Shown: positions 37,047-46,997 of the stretch, one piece after another
Layout: every line of letters starts with the position of its first letter
Numbering within the stretch: position 1 is the first letter of the stretch
Made by a program: the position numbers and the translations under genes
Origin: an uncultured Bacteroidota bacterium
GTDB taxonomy: Bacteria > Bacteroidota > Bacteroidia > UKL13-3
Reading direction: 5' to 3'
NCBI GenBank assembly: GCA_903834625.1
Contig: CAILJQ010000002.1
Span: 2,980 to 66,979, forward strand
Length of the DNA: 64,000 bases
The notes under the pieces: generated by a model
The model's input: the letters and a program-made list of their open reading frames with translations, nothing else
Database searches by the model: none
What the model was told of the DNA's origin: nothing

Positions 37047-39248
37047 ATGCAAATAGATATAGAAGTTCAGAAAATAATAAGCCTTCTGCATGAAGCATAC
37101 GAGATAAGAGGTAACAATATAGCTGAAAGCATTAAATTAACTCAAATAGCGCTTGATTTAAGTGAGGAAAACAAGCAACCTGAACTCATTGCGCAATGCT
37201 TAACGAGGTTGGCTTTGTTTCATATGATTAAAGGTAACTATACCCAATCTAATGAGCTATCGGAGAAGGCCATAAATTATTATGAAACCATAAATGATGA
37301 TCTAGGCATTGCCAATGCTAGGTTTAACATTGCAAGTGTTTACTATAAAACCGACAATTTTCATATGGGTTTATTGAACCTAATTGAATGCTTGCAGATT
37401 TATAAAAAACATAATGATCACCATAACATAGCCCGAGTATATAAATCACTTGGAACCATTTATGAATATTTTGGTGATGAAATTAAAGCGATATCCGCCT
37501 ATGAAGAAACCATCTCACATGCCGCAATGGTTGGAGATAGGAATATGGTTTCCAATGCCTATAATCCCTTATCTGGAATATACCTTAAAAAAGGAGAACT
37601 AACCACAGCCATGGATTTGGCAGAGAAAGCTATCCAAATAAAAAGGGAAACTGGAGATACCAGAGGTTATGCTTTCTCTGTGTATGCAAGAGCTAAAGTA
37701 TATTCTGAAATGGGTGAATATGGTTTAGCAGAAACCGATTATAAAGAATCGTTAAAGATACACCAAAACACCAACGAACTCTTAGGAACTGCCATGACTC
37801 TTAGAAAGCTTGGGCAGATGTATTTGGTAAGTAACCAATTCGACAAGGCCTTAGAGACGCTTAATGAAGCAAGGGCATTTAGTTATAAAAACCAAGTTGC
37901 CATTATAAAATACAAATCAAATTACCACTTGTATGAATTGTATAAAAAAACAGATCATCCTGGCAAGTCACTCCAATATTTAGAAGATTATTTACATGAA
38001 AAAGAATTGGTAGTAAATAATCAAACCCTCACCATCATCGATAATTTTGAATTGATGAATAAGGTGGAGGCAATGAAAAGGGAATCTGAGATACAGAAGG
38101 AGCGTGCAGAAATGTTGGAGAAGAAAACCAAAGCCGAAAATTTGGCACATATTAAGCAGGATTTTCTTTCTACAATGAGCCATGAAATTAGAACTCCATT
38201 AAATGCTGTAATTACCATTGCATCGTTGCTAGAATCTCATGCATCCGAGGAGGACAGGCAACTCATTCATTCATTAAAATTCGCTTCCAATAACTTGCTT
38301 CTACTCATTAATGATATCCTTGATTTTACGAGATTAGAATCTGGTAAAATGGATTTAGAGAAAAGAAGAACACCTATAAAAAATCTATTCGAGAATCTTA
38401 TTAAAACCTATTCTGGTTTGGCTCAGGAAAAGAACCTCAATTTGAACCTTACCATTGATGATTCACTTCATGGAAAGTACTATGAAATGGATGAGACACG
38501 GTTTTCACAGATAATGATAAACTTAATTGGAAATGCCATTAAATATACCAATCAAGGAAAGATAAATGTTGAGGTAAGGTTAATAGAAATGGACAACCAT
38601 GCCGATAGTATAAGGATTTCGGTAGAAGACAGTGGTATTGGGATTCAGGAAAAAGATCAAGCCCTTATTTTCGAAAGTTTCTCTCAAACCCAAGATGTAA
38701 AAACTCGTAAACATGGAGGTTCAGGCTTAGGTTTGGCCATTGTTAGAAAACTGGTAGAACTCCACAAAAGTGAAATTAACCTAATAAGTCGACCAGGATT
38801 AGGCTCCGTATTCTATTTTGATTTGATACTGGAAAAATCAATGGAACAGGTGCAAGTACCTAAAACCCTCAATCATAATTTAAAAGGCAAGCGGATTTTA
38901 TTAGTAGAAGACAACCAAATTAACGCCATGGTGGCTGGCAAATTACTTGCGAAATGGGAATTAGAAACCAAACATGTTGCGAACGGATTATTGGCGATTG
39001 AAGCTGTTTCTAAGGAAGCATTTGATTGTATACTCATGGATATTCATATGCCAGAGATGGATGGTTTTGAAGCAACCAAATGGATAAGGACACATGAAAA
39101 CCCAAATAAGACAAAGCCAATCCTAGCATTAACAGCTGATATTACTGCAGAAAATGAAGGGAATTACAAGAACTACTTTAATGTATTTTTGCGAAAGCCC
39201 ATTGAAACAGAAAAGTTGCTAGAGAATCTCGTCAAATTCATAAAATAA
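37047..39248 (+). CDS. Hybrid sensor histidine kinase/response regulator with an N-terminal TPR-repeat sensing region
   Basis: About 330 aa of TPR-like repeats and a coiled coil. HisKA H-box FLSTMSHEIRTPLNAV. HATPase_c N-, G1- and G2-boxes (GNAIKYT, DSGIGI, GGSGLGLAIV). C-terminal REC (ILLVEDNQIN ... LMDIHMPEMDGFEA). Confidence 0.85.
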   Translation: MQIDIEVQKIISLLHEAYEIRGNNIAESIKLTQIALDLSEENKQPELIAQCLTRLALFHMIKGNYTQSNELSEKAINYYETINDDLGIANARFNIASVYYKTDNFHMGLLNLIECLQIYKKHNDHHNIARVYKSLGTIYEYFGDEIKAISAYEETISHAAMVGDRNMVSNAYNPLSGIYLKKGELTTAMDLAEKAIQIKRETGDTRGYAFSVYARAKVYSEMGEYGLAETDYKESLKIHQNTNELLGTAMTLRKLGQMYLVSNQFDKALETLNEARAFSYKNQVAIIKYKSNYHLYELYKKTDHPGKSLQYLEDYLHEKELVVNNQTLTIIDNFELMNKVEAMKRESEIQKERAEMLEKKTKAENLAHIKQDFLSTMSHEIRTPLNAVITIASLLESHASEEDRQLIHSLKFASNNLLLLINDILDFTRLESGKMDLEKRRTPIKNLFENLIKTYSGLAQEKNLNLNLTIDDSLHGKYYEMDETRFSQIMINLIGNAIKYTNQGKINVEVRLIEMDNHADSIRISVEDSGIGIQEKDQALIFESFSQTQDVKTRKHGGSGLGLAIVRKLVELHKSEINLISRPGLGSVFYFDLILEKSMEQVQVPKTLNHNLKGKRILLVEDNQINAMVAGKLLAKWELETKHVANGLLAIEAVSKEAFDCILMDIHMPEMDGFEATKWIRTHENPNKTKPILALTADITAENEGNYKNYFNVFLRKPIETEKLLENLVKFIK

Positions 39249-39295
39249 GTTTCCAAACCCCCGAGATAAACCTATTTTCGCCATTCAAAAAAAAC

Positions 39296-39326
39296 CGCCC
39301 GGCCAACAACCGGGCTAAACTGTTTT
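39296..39326 (+). terminator. Weak candidate terminator between the sensor kinase gene and mfd
   Basis: GCCCGG-N7-CCGGGC stem at 39297-39315, preceded by an A-run and followed by the interrupted T-run TAAACTGTTTT. Confidence 0.35.
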
Positions 39327-42300
39327 ATGAAGTTAAAAGATATTTTCGATATTTATACCTCATCTGAGGAGTTTGGTAAGTTTGCTGAATCTTTAAGTAA
39401 TTCTGATAAAGAGGTAATACATCTCAACGGGTTGATTGGATCTGCGGCAGCCATGTTTGCATCAATGGCATATGATGTACACAATAAAACAACCCTAGTT
39501 ATTTGCAATACCTTAGAAGAGGCAAGGTATTTTGCAGCAGATATTGAAAACCTGGTGCCTGGCAAAACCATTAACTTTCTGCCTTCTTCTTATAAAAGAA
39601 GTTTCCAACCAGAAACATTATTTAACCAACAAGTTTTAGAAAGAGCAGAAGTATTAAACAGGCTGAACCAAAAATTTGCCAGAGCAGAATGGGTGATTAC
39701 CATTCCTGAGGCAGTTTGTGAATGGGTTATGAGCGAAGAAGACCTGAACCAAAATACCTATGAAATTAAAGTTGGAGATAAGTTTGATTTAGAGTTTTTT
39801 ATTGAATTTTTGGGTGAGCATCATTTTGATAGAAGTGATTTTGTTTATGAAGCGGGTCAGTTTAGTATTAGAGGTGGAATCATTGATGTGTTTTCGTTTA
39901 GCAATGACAAACCCTATAGAATTGAATTGAATGGAGACTTAATAGAGGCCATTAGAATGTTTGAACCATATGACCAATTATCTGTTAAAAAGGTGGATCG
40001 ATTTTTCATTATTCCTAATGTGCAAAAGGAAATTAAACGTAAGCAATTGTTTTTTGATTACCTACCAGCAGATACCATTGTTTGGATTCAGGATTTGGGT
40101 CAGGCCAAAGAAATGATACAGCGTGGTGAAGAAAAAGTTGCCAAGTTTAATCCTGAACAATTTAAGGATAGAGAAGACTTTTCTTTTACAGGCTATGGAG
40201 ACACTTGGATTGGAGCAACTGAATTCAAAAAGAAAATCGATGCATTTAAAATAGTAGAGTTTGGAACAAGAAAAAGTTATAAGAATGCAAGTGTTTTTGA
40301 GTTTAGCTTAAGTCCACAACCTCTCTTTCACAAAAACTTCAAATTACTTATCGACAACCTAAAAGAAAACAGTAACAAGAATTTCCAAAATTTAATTTTC
40401 AGCGAAAGCAGTAGACAAATAGAACGCCTTTATACCATATTTGAGGACCTTGACAAGGAGGTAAAGTTTGAACCAATATATCATGGATTGAGTGCAGGTT
40501 TTATAGACCATCAATTGTCTGTTGCTTTTTACACAGAGCATCAAATTTTTGATAGATTTTACAAGGGAAAAGTTAAAAGTGGGTATAGTGGAAATAGAAT
40601 TTTAACCTTAAAAGAACTTAGGGAACTTAGACCTGGAGATTTTGTAACACATATTGACCATGGCATTGGCAAATTTGCAGGTCTAGAGAAATTAGAAATT
40701 AATGGTCAATTGCAAGAAGCAGTTAGGCTAGTATACCGAGATAATGATTTATTATATGTAAGCATTAACTCACTTCACAAAATTAGCAAATATGTTGGCA
40801 AAGAAGGGACAGAGCCACGCATGAATAAATTGGGAAGTGATGCTTGGGAAAAGTTAAAAAACAACACCAAGAAAAAAGTTAAAGACATTGCCCGTGATTT
40901 GATAAAATTATATGCCAAAAGGAAAGCACAAGAAGGTTTTGCCTTTTCACCAGACAATTACTTGCAGGTGGAGTTAGAGGCATCTTTTATGTATGAGGAT
41001 ACTCCCGACCAAAGCAAGGCAACGTTTGATGTAAAAAAAGATATGGAGAGCATCCATCCTATGGACAGATTGGTATGCGGGGATGTAGGCTTTGGCAAAA
41101 CAGAGATTGCCATACGAGCAGCATTTAAGGCAATATGTGACAGTAAGCAAGTGGCCATTTTGGTTCCAACTACCATTTTAGCCAACCAACATTACAGAAC
41201 CTTTAAGGAACGACTTAAAGATTTCCCTTGTAATATTGATTATATCAATAGGTTTAAATCGGCAGCCGAGCAGAAGGAAGTGATGAAAAAAATGGCGGAG
41301 GGAAAATTAGACCTACTCATTGGAACCCATAGGTTATTAAGTAAAGATACCAAATTCAAAGACCTTGGCTTACTTATTATTGATGAAGAACAAAAATTTG
41401 GGGTAGCAGCTAAGGAGAAGTTAAAGGCATTTAAAACCAATGTAGATACATTAACACTTACAGCCACTCCTATTCCACGTACCTTGCATTTCTCACTCAT
41501 GGGTGCAAGAGATTTATCAGTAATAAATACACCTCCAGCTAACAGGCAAGCAGTAGAAACTGCCATGTATAATTACAGTGATGACATAATTAAAGAGGCA
41601 ATTCTAAATGAAGTGGAAAGAGGCGGACAGGTATTCTTTGTGCACCATAGGGTAAAAGATATTTATGATATTGGTGCGCACATTGAAAGAATTTGTCCGG
41701 GAGTAAAGGTAGCTGTAGCGCACGGACAATTAGAAGGAGACAAGTTAGAAGATGTTATGATGCGTTTCATTGAAGGCGAATATGATGTATTGGTAGCAAC
41801 CACTATTATTGAGGCGGGACTTGACATCTCAAATGCAAACACAATTATCATTAACAATGCCCAGATGTTTGGCTTGAGTGATATGCACCAAATGAGAGGT
41901 AGGGTTGGAAGAAGTAATAAAAAAGCTTTTTGTTTTTTATTGGTACCAAGTATGGCCGCATTAAGTAATGATGCGAGAAGGAGATTGCAAGCAATTGAAG
42001 AATTTAGTGATTTGGGAAGTGGCTTTAATGTAGCTATGCGCGACCTTGATATAAGAGGTGCGGGTAATTTATTGGGAGGTGAACAAAGTGGATTTATCGC
42101 AGAAATAGGATTTGAAATGTATCATAAAATTTTGGATGAAGCCATCCATGAATTGAAGGAGGAAGAATTTTCAGACCTATTTTCGGGTGAGGAGAAACCC
42201 AATAAATTAGAAGCAAAAGACTGCAATTTGGAAACAGATTTAGAAGCACTCATTCCAGATAATTATGTTCGAAACATTGGGGAGCGATTGAGTTTGTATA

Positions 42301-42698
42301 ATAGCTTATCGGCCATTACAAAAGAAGAAGACCTTATCACATTTGGCAATCAAATGGAGGACAGGTTTGGTAAATTACCTGAGGAGGTGAAAGATTTAAT
42401 AGCGCTGATACGATTAAGAGAAATAGGGAAAAAGATGGGTTTTGAGAAACTTATACTCAAGAAAAAACAGCTTCTAGCCTACTTTCCAGCAGAGTCTAAA
42501 CAATACTATTACCAATCAGAAATGTTCTCTGGAATTTTATCATTTGTGCAATACCATCCAAATTTGTGTAAGCTCAAACAAAGTAACCAAAACTTGATAT
42601 TGATGATTTTTGAAGTAAACACCATCAAACAAGCAATGTATTATATGGAGGAAATAGGTAAGTCTATTTCTTTACCCGCCCATGGCGATCGTACTTAA
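39327..42698 (+). CDS. mfd: Transcription-repair coupling factor
   Basis: 1123 aa. UvrB-homology N-terminal region, RNAP-interacting domain and superfamily-2 helicase motifs (GDVGFGKTEIA, DEEQKFG, TATPIPRTL) plus the C-terminal TRCF domain. Confidence 0.95.
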   Translation: MKLKDIFDIYTSSEEFGKFAESLSNSDKEVIHLNGLIGSAAAMFASMAYDVHNKTTLVICNTLEEARYFAADIENLVPGKTINFLPSSYKRSFQPETLFNQQVLERAEVLNRLNQKFARAEWVITIPEAVCEWVMSEEDLNQNTYEIKVGDKFDLEFFIEFLGEHHFDRSDFVYEAGQFSIRGGIIDVFSFSNDKPYRIELNGDLIEAIRMFEPYDQLSVKKVDRFFIIPNVQKEIKRKQLFFDYLPADTIVWIQDLGQAKEMIQRGEEKVAKFNPEQFKDREDFSFTGYGDTWIGATEFKKKIDAFKIVEFGTRKSYKNASVFEFSLSPQPLFHKNFKLLIDNLKENSNKNFQNLIFSESSRQIERLYTIFEDLDKEVKFEPIYHGLSAGFIDHQLSVAFYTEHQIFDRFYKGKVKSGYSGNRILTLKELRELRPGDFVTHIDHGIGKFAGLEKLEINGQLQEAVRLVYRDNDLLYVSINSLHKISKYVGKEGTEPRMNKLGSDAWEKLKNNTKKKVKDIARDLIKLYAKRKAQEGFAFSPDNYLQVELEASFMYEDTPDQSKATFDVKKDMESIHPMDRLVCGDVGFGKTEIAIRAAFKAICDSKQVAILVPTTILANQHYRTFKERLKDFPCNIDYINRFKSAAEQKEVMKKMAEGKLDLLIGTHRLLSKDTKFKDLGLLIIDEEQKFGVAAKEKLKAFKTNVDTLTLTATPIPRTLHFSLMGARDLSVINTPPANRQAVETAMYNYSDDIIKEAILNEVERGGQVFFVHHRVKDIYDIGAHIERICPGVKVAVAHGQLEGDKLEDVMMRFIEGEYDVLVATTIIEAGLDISNANTIIINNAQMFGLSDMHQMRGRVGRSNKKAFCFLLVPSMAALSNDARRRLQAIEEFSDLGSGFNVAMRDLDIRGAGNLLGGEQSGFIAEIGFEMYHKILDEAIHELKEEEFSDLFSGEEKPNKLEAKDCNLETDLEALIPDNYVRNIGERLSLYNSLSAITKEEDLITFGNQMEDRFGKLPEEVKDLIALIRLREIGKKMGFEKLILKKKQLLAYFPAESKQYYYQSEMFSGILSFVQYHPNLCKLKQSNQNLILMIFEVNTIKQAMYYMEEIGKSISLPAHGDRT

Positions 42699-42856
42699 TT
42701 TTATGCTCGCCATCTTGGCCTTCAAAGCTGGCACATCTTTTTGCTTTGCATGCAAGAACTAAGCACACCATTGTTACAAGCAATATAGGTATAAGACGTT
42801 TGTTCATTATTGTATTCATAAAGGGTAAACCAAATTTAACCAAACAGCCATAAATA

Positions 42857-42887
42857 AAAAAGGTCCCTATGAGGGACCTTTTTTATT
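42857..42887. terminator. Bidirectional rho-independent terminator between the convergent mfd and H1-like genes
   Basis: AAAAAAGGTCCCTATGAGGGACCTTTTTTATTTTT. An 8-bp GC-containing stem (42861-42879) is flanked by an A-run on one side and a T-run on the other. Confidence 0.75.
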
Positions 42888-42908
42888 TTTAATTCTTGAA
42901 CCAAGAAA

Positions 42909-43139
42909 TTACTTAGCGGCTTTCTTAGGAGCAGCTTTCTTAGTTGCAGCTTTCTTAGTAGCAGCTTTCTTAGCAGGAGCAGCTTTCTTAGTTGCAGCTT
43001 TCTTAGCAGGAGCAGCTTTCTTAGGAGCAGCTTTCTTAGCAGCAGCTTTTTTAGGAGCAGCTTTCTTGGTTGCAGCTTTCTTTGTCGCAGCTTTCTTAGC
43101 AGGAGCTGCAGCTTTCTTAGTTTTTTTGGTTGTTGCCAT
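42909..43139 (-). CDS. Histone H1-like Lys/Ala-rich DNA-binding protein
   Basis: 76 aa: MATTKKTKKAAAPAKKAATKKAATKKAAPKKAAAKKAAPKKAAPAKKAATKKAAPAKKAATKKAATKKAAPKKAAK. A pure (A/P/T)KKAA repeat like bacterial Hc1/H1-like nucleoid proteins. Confidence 0.75.
   Translation of the reverse strand: MATTKKTKKAAAPAKKAATKKAATKKAAPKKAAAKKAAPKKAAPAKKAATKKAAPAKKAATKKAATKKAAPKKAAK
42912..43128. repeat. Degenerate tandem nucleotide repeat (GCAGCTTTCTTAGNN, 12-15 bp) underlying the KKAA protein repeats
   Basis: About 14 consecutive copies of gcagctttcttag(t/g)(a/t/g), visible directly in the sequence. Confidence 0.8.
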
Positions 43140-43168
43140 GTTTATAAAAATTTGATTGATTACGATAA

Positions 43169-43198
43169 CAAAGTTAAAAGTGTATTTAATATTTTCAA
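43169..43198 (-). promoter_or_regulatory. Candidate sigma-A promoter for the H1-like gene: -33 TTG...N19...-7 TAACTTTG
   Basis: Minus-strand TAACTTTG (43169-43176) lies 29 nt upstream of the ATG. TTGAA sits 19 nt further upstream, at 43194-43198. Confidence 0.4.
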
Positions 43199-43702
43199 GT
43201 ACCTACTGTAAATCAGTTAATAAAAATTACCACCTTTAGATGTTGATAACTGAGAACAACATGTCAGAAGCATTGATTTTACAAGTATCTACAGAGATTG
43301 CTCATCATTTATAAATGTGATTAAATACTTCAAAAAAAAACTTTCATCAAGCAACACTTATCGTCAACATAAAATTTAACAACAACAAAAAAAACAATAA
43401 CAATACATAGAACACAAGCCACAACACCTGATTTTAAAGGCCACTACAAGGGCTATCACTTTTTATGAGTCTATATTTTTTTGGTGAAAATAAAAACATC
43501 CACACATAAACTCATTTTACATTTTAAAAAAAAACACGACAACAAATGAAAAAAGGAGTACATTTTTTTATACATTTTTCTGAATGAAATGAATAAATCA
43601 TGCATGCATCATTCAAAAAAAATTTAACACACATTATTTTTTAGTCTTAAGATCATGCACTACCTTTAAACCAATATAAAAGTTGAATTTAAAATAGCAT
43701 GT

Positions 43703-44944
43703 ATGAAAGCAGAAATAATTAGCATTGGTGATGAGTTATTATTAGGTCAGGTGATAGATACAAATTCTGCATGGATTGGTCAGGAATTAAATAAAATAGG
43801 CATTCATGTTCATTACAAATCTTCTGTGAGTGATAGTAAAGACAGCATTCTTCAGGCATTAACTGAAAGTGAAGTAAGAAGTAACATTGTAGTAATTACG
43901 GGTGGACTTGGGCCTACAAAAGATGATATTACCAAAACCACACTCTGTGATTTTTTTGGAACATCACTTGTTTTAAATGAAGATGTATTGACATGGGTTC
44001 AATCTATATTTAAAAATAGAAATTTACCTATGTTAGAAAGTAATAACCAACAAGCAATGGTTCCAGAAAATTGTGAAGTTTTATGGAATAGAAATGGAAC
44101 TGCTCCAGGAATGTGGTTACAAAAAAAGGATACCGTGTTTATTAGTTTACCAGGTGTACCCTTTGAAATGAAATGTATTTTTGAAGAGGAGGTAATTCCT
44201 AAACTATTCAAAACATTTTCTTTTCCATCTATATTACATAGAACACTTCAGACTATTGGAATTGGAGAGAGTTTTTTGGCCAAGAAGATTAGCACATTTG
44301 AAGACAATTTACCATCGCATATCAAACTTGCCTACCTCCCATCAGTAGGAATGGTAAGGCTTAGATTGAGTGCATATGGAGAGAGTCAAGAACTTTTACA
44401 AGAAGAACTCAACCTATTGGTTAATCAATTGTATGACCTTATTTCGGAACATATTTATGGAGAAGGTAATGATACCATTGAAGAAGTAATTGGTCAATTA
44501 TTGAAAGGAAAAAACCAAAGTGTTGCAACAGCAGAAAGTTGTACGGGTGGATATTTGTCACATATGATAACTTCTGTTCCCGGCAGTTCAGATTATTATC
44601 TTGGTAGCATCATATCCTATTCAAACAAAATAAAAACAAAAGAGTTATTTGTAAGTGATGATATATTAAAAGAACATGGAGCGGTAAGCGAAGCATGTGT
44701 TTTACAAATGGCAACAGCCATCAAAGAAAAATTTGGCAGCACCTATGGCATTGCAACGAGTGGTGTTGCCGGACCAGGAGGAGGTTCAGTAGAGAAACCA
44801 GTAGGAACAGTTTGGGTGGCTATTGCTGGACCACACGGAGCAAAGGCAACTGCATTTTCTATGGGAGACAATAGAGGCAGAACAATTCATAGAACTGCAC
44901 TGGTAGCGCTTGATATGTTGCGCAAAGAATTACTTTCAAATTAA
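43703..44944 (+). CDS. cinA: CinA-family competence/damage-inducible protein (MoCF-binding domain plus nicotinamide-nucleotide amidohydrolase PncC domain)
   Basis: MKAEIISIGDELLLGQVIDTNSAWI N-terminus. TGGLGPTKDD MoCF block. C-terminal CinA domain ATAESCTGG ... GIATSGVAGPGGG. Confidence 0.9.
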   Translation: MKAEIISIGDELLLGQVIDTNSAWIGQELNKIGIHVHYKSSVSDSKDSILQALTESEVRSNIVVITGGLGPTKDDITKTTLCDFFGTSLVLNEDVLTWVQSIFKNRNLPMLESNNQQAMVPENCEVLWNRNGTAPGMWLQKKDTVFISLPGVPFEMKCIFEEEVIPKLFKTFSFPSILHRTLQTIGIGESFLAKKISTFEDNLPSHIKLAYLPSVGMVRLRLSAYGESQELLQEELNLLVNQLYDLISEHIYGEGNDTIEEVIGQLLKGKNQSVATAESCTGGYLSHMITSVPGSSDYYLGSIISYSNKIKTKELFVSDDILKEHGAVSEACVLQMATAIKEKFGSTYGIATSGVAGPGGGSVEKPVGTVWVAIAGPHGAKATAFSMGDNRGRTIHRTALVALDMLRKELLSN

Positions 44945-44954
44945 GTTTCTCCAA

Positions 44955-46985
44955 ATGAATTTTAACTTAACCTCACAATTTGTTCCAACTGGTGACCAAC
45001 CAACTGCTATCGAAAGTTTAGTTGAAGGTATTAACAGAGGAGATAGAGCACAAGTATTATTAGGTGTTACCGGTAGTGGTAAAACTTTTACCATGGCAAA
45101 TGTGATAGCCCGTGTACAAAAACCAACGTTAATTATAAGTCATAACAAAACGTTAGTGGCTCAACTCTATGGCGAGTTCAAACAATTTTTCCCTGAAAAT
45201 GCCATTGAGTATTTTGTTTCCTATTACGACTATTACCAACCTGAAGCTTTTATCCCATCAAGTAATACTTATATAGAAAAAGACTTGGCCATTAATCAAG
45301 AAATTGAAAAGCTCCGATTAAAAACTACCTCCTCTTTGTTAAGTGGAAGAAGAGATATTATTGTTCTTGCCTCTGTAAGTTGTATCTATGGTGCCGGTAA
45401 TCCGAAAGATTATGAAAACAGTATTATTCGATTAAAAGTTGGAGATAAGATAGCCAGAAACACTTTGTTATTTTCATTGGTAGAATCATTGTATAGCAGA
45501 ACTACAGCGGATTTTCAACGAGGAAATTTTAGGGTAAAAGGAGATGTGGTAGATGTATTTCCAGCTTATGCAGATATGGCATTTAGAATATCATTCTTTG
45601 GAGATGAAGTGGAAGAATTAACCATTATTGACCCTGTTAGCGGAAGGAAACAAGAACAAGTAAATAACTTAGCCATATTTCCAGCAAATATTTATGTTAC
45701 CCCAAAAGACGCTTTGAATGATGCTATAAGAGCTATCCAAGATGACTTAGTAGAACAGGTTGCCTATTTTAAATCAATAGGCAAACATTTAGAAGCAAAA
45801 AGATTAGAGGAGCGAACCAATTTTGATTTAGAAATGATCAGAGAATTGGGATATTGCAGTGGCATTGAAAATTACAGCAGGTACATGGACAAAAGACAGG
45901 CAGGGGAACGTCCATTTTGTTTGATAGATTATTTCCCCGAAGACTTTTTGTTGATTGTAGATGAAAGCCATGCCACCATGCCACAAGTAAGGGCCATGTA
46001 TGGAGGAGATAGAAGTAGAAAAGAGAACCTAGTTGAATATGGTTTTAGACTGCCATCAGCCATGGACAATAGGCCCCTTAAGTTTAATGAATTTGAGCAA
46101 TTAATACCTCAAACTATATATGTAAGTGCTACGCCTGCAGATTATGAAGTTAGAGAATCGGAAGGGGTAATTGTGGAGCAGATCATAAGACCTACAGGCT
46201 TGTTAGATCCAGTAATAGAAGTAAGACCTTGTTTAAATCAAGTAGATGATTTATTGGATGAGATTGATGAACGAATAAAAATGGGTGACCGTATTTTGGT
46301 GACAACACTTACCAAAAGAATGGCAGAAGAACTGAGTAAATATTTTAGCAAACTAAATATTAAATGTAGGTATATCCACAGTGAAGTTAAGACCATTGAC
46401 CGCGTTGAAATATTAAGAGACTTACGCCTTGGAAAGTTTGATGTGTTAATTGGTGTGAACCTATTAAGAGAAGGTTTAGATTTACCAGAAGTTAGTTTAG
46501 TTGCTATCATGGATGCAGACAAAGAAGGATTTTTAAGAAATGATAGGTCCCTCACCCAAACTATTGGTCGTGCTGCAAGAAATGAAAATGGTAAAGTAAT
46601 TATGTATGCCGATAGAATTACAGATAGTATGCAAAGGACCATGGATGAAAATTTACGAAAAAGAGAAATCCAAATTGCCTATAATACTAAACATGGAATT
46701 ACACCAACCACTGTTAAAAAAAGCATCAAAGAAATCATGGATCAAACCTCTGTGGCAGATTCTTTAGGTTTGACCCAACCAGTGCCATATATAGAAAACG
46801 AAGAGATGAATATTGCGGCAGACCCTGTATTAAATGCCATGAGTCAAGACCAACTAAAAAGCGCCATAGAAGAAACACAAAAACGCATGTACAAGGCAGC
46901 CAAAGAAATGGATTTTATGGAAGCTGCACGACTGCGTGATGAAATGTATGCCATGCAATCAAAAGTAAAAGAGCAAGTAAAATAA
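44955..46985 (+). CDS. uvrB: Excinuclease ABC subunit B
   Basis: Standard UvrB signatures: GVTGSGKTFTMANVI Walker A, the beta-hairpin region YVSYYDYYQPEAF, helicase motifs and the C-terminal UvrB/UvrC interaction motif (MDFMEAARLRDEM). Start chosen at MNFNLTSQFVPTGDQ; the ORF track begins at 44910 and overlaps cinA. Confidence 0.95.
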   Translation: MNFNLTSQFVPTGDQPTAIESLVEGINRGDRAQVLLGVTGSGKTFTMANVIARVQKPTLIISHNKTLVAQLYGEFKQFFPENAIEYFVSYYDYYQPEAFIPSSNTYIEKDLAINQEIEKLRLKTTSSLLSGRRDIIVLASVSCIYGAGNPKDYENSIIRLKVGDKIARNTLLFSLVESLYSRTTADFQRGNFRVKGDVVDVFPAYADMAFRISFFGDEVEELTIIDPVSGRKQEQVNNLAIFPANIYVTPKDALNDAIRAIQDDLVEQVAYFKSIGKHLEAKRLEERTNFDLEMIRELGYCSGIENYSRYMDKRQAGERPFCLIDYFPEDFLLIVDESHATMPQVRAMYGGDRSRKENLVEYGFRLPSAMDNRPLKFNEFEQLIPQTIYVSATPADYEVRESEGVIVEQIIRPTGLLDPVIEVRPCLNQVDDLLDEIDERIKMGDRILVTTLTKRMAEELSKYFSKLNIKCRYIHSEVKTIDRVEILRDLRLGKFDVLIGVNLLREGLDLPEVSLVAIMDADKEGFLRNDRSLTQTIGRAARNENGKVIMYADRITDSMQRTMDENLRKREIQIAYNTKHGITPTTVKKSIKEIMDQTSVADSLGLTQPVPYIENEEMNIAADPVLNAMSQDQLKSAIEETQKRMYKAAKEMDFMEAARLRDEMYAMQSKVKEQVK

Positions 46986-46997
46986 GACCCCTTATTT

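Noticed and set aside
42664-42819. A 51-aa minus-strand ORF encoding a lipoprotein-like peptide (MNTIMNKRLIPILLVTMVCLVLACKAK...).
   Set aside because: It is below the ORF-track cutoff. It overlaps the last 35 nt of mfd. It lies downstream of the strong bidirectional terminator at 42857-42887, with no obvious promoter. It is probably spurious, though not excluded.
42912-43128. Regular 12-15-bp tandem repeats that could be mistaken for a CRISPR or minisatellite array.
   Set aside because: The units are contiguous with no unique spacers. They lie in one reading frame and encode the KKAA repeats of the H1-like protein. It is a coding repeat, not a CRISPR array.
43140-43702. I looked for tRNA or tmRNA-like structure and for small ORFs in the large spacer.
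   Set aside because: No GC-rich acceptor or T-arm-like segments were seen. Only ORFs of 13-17 codons are present. Any ncRNA call would need expression or covariance evidence.
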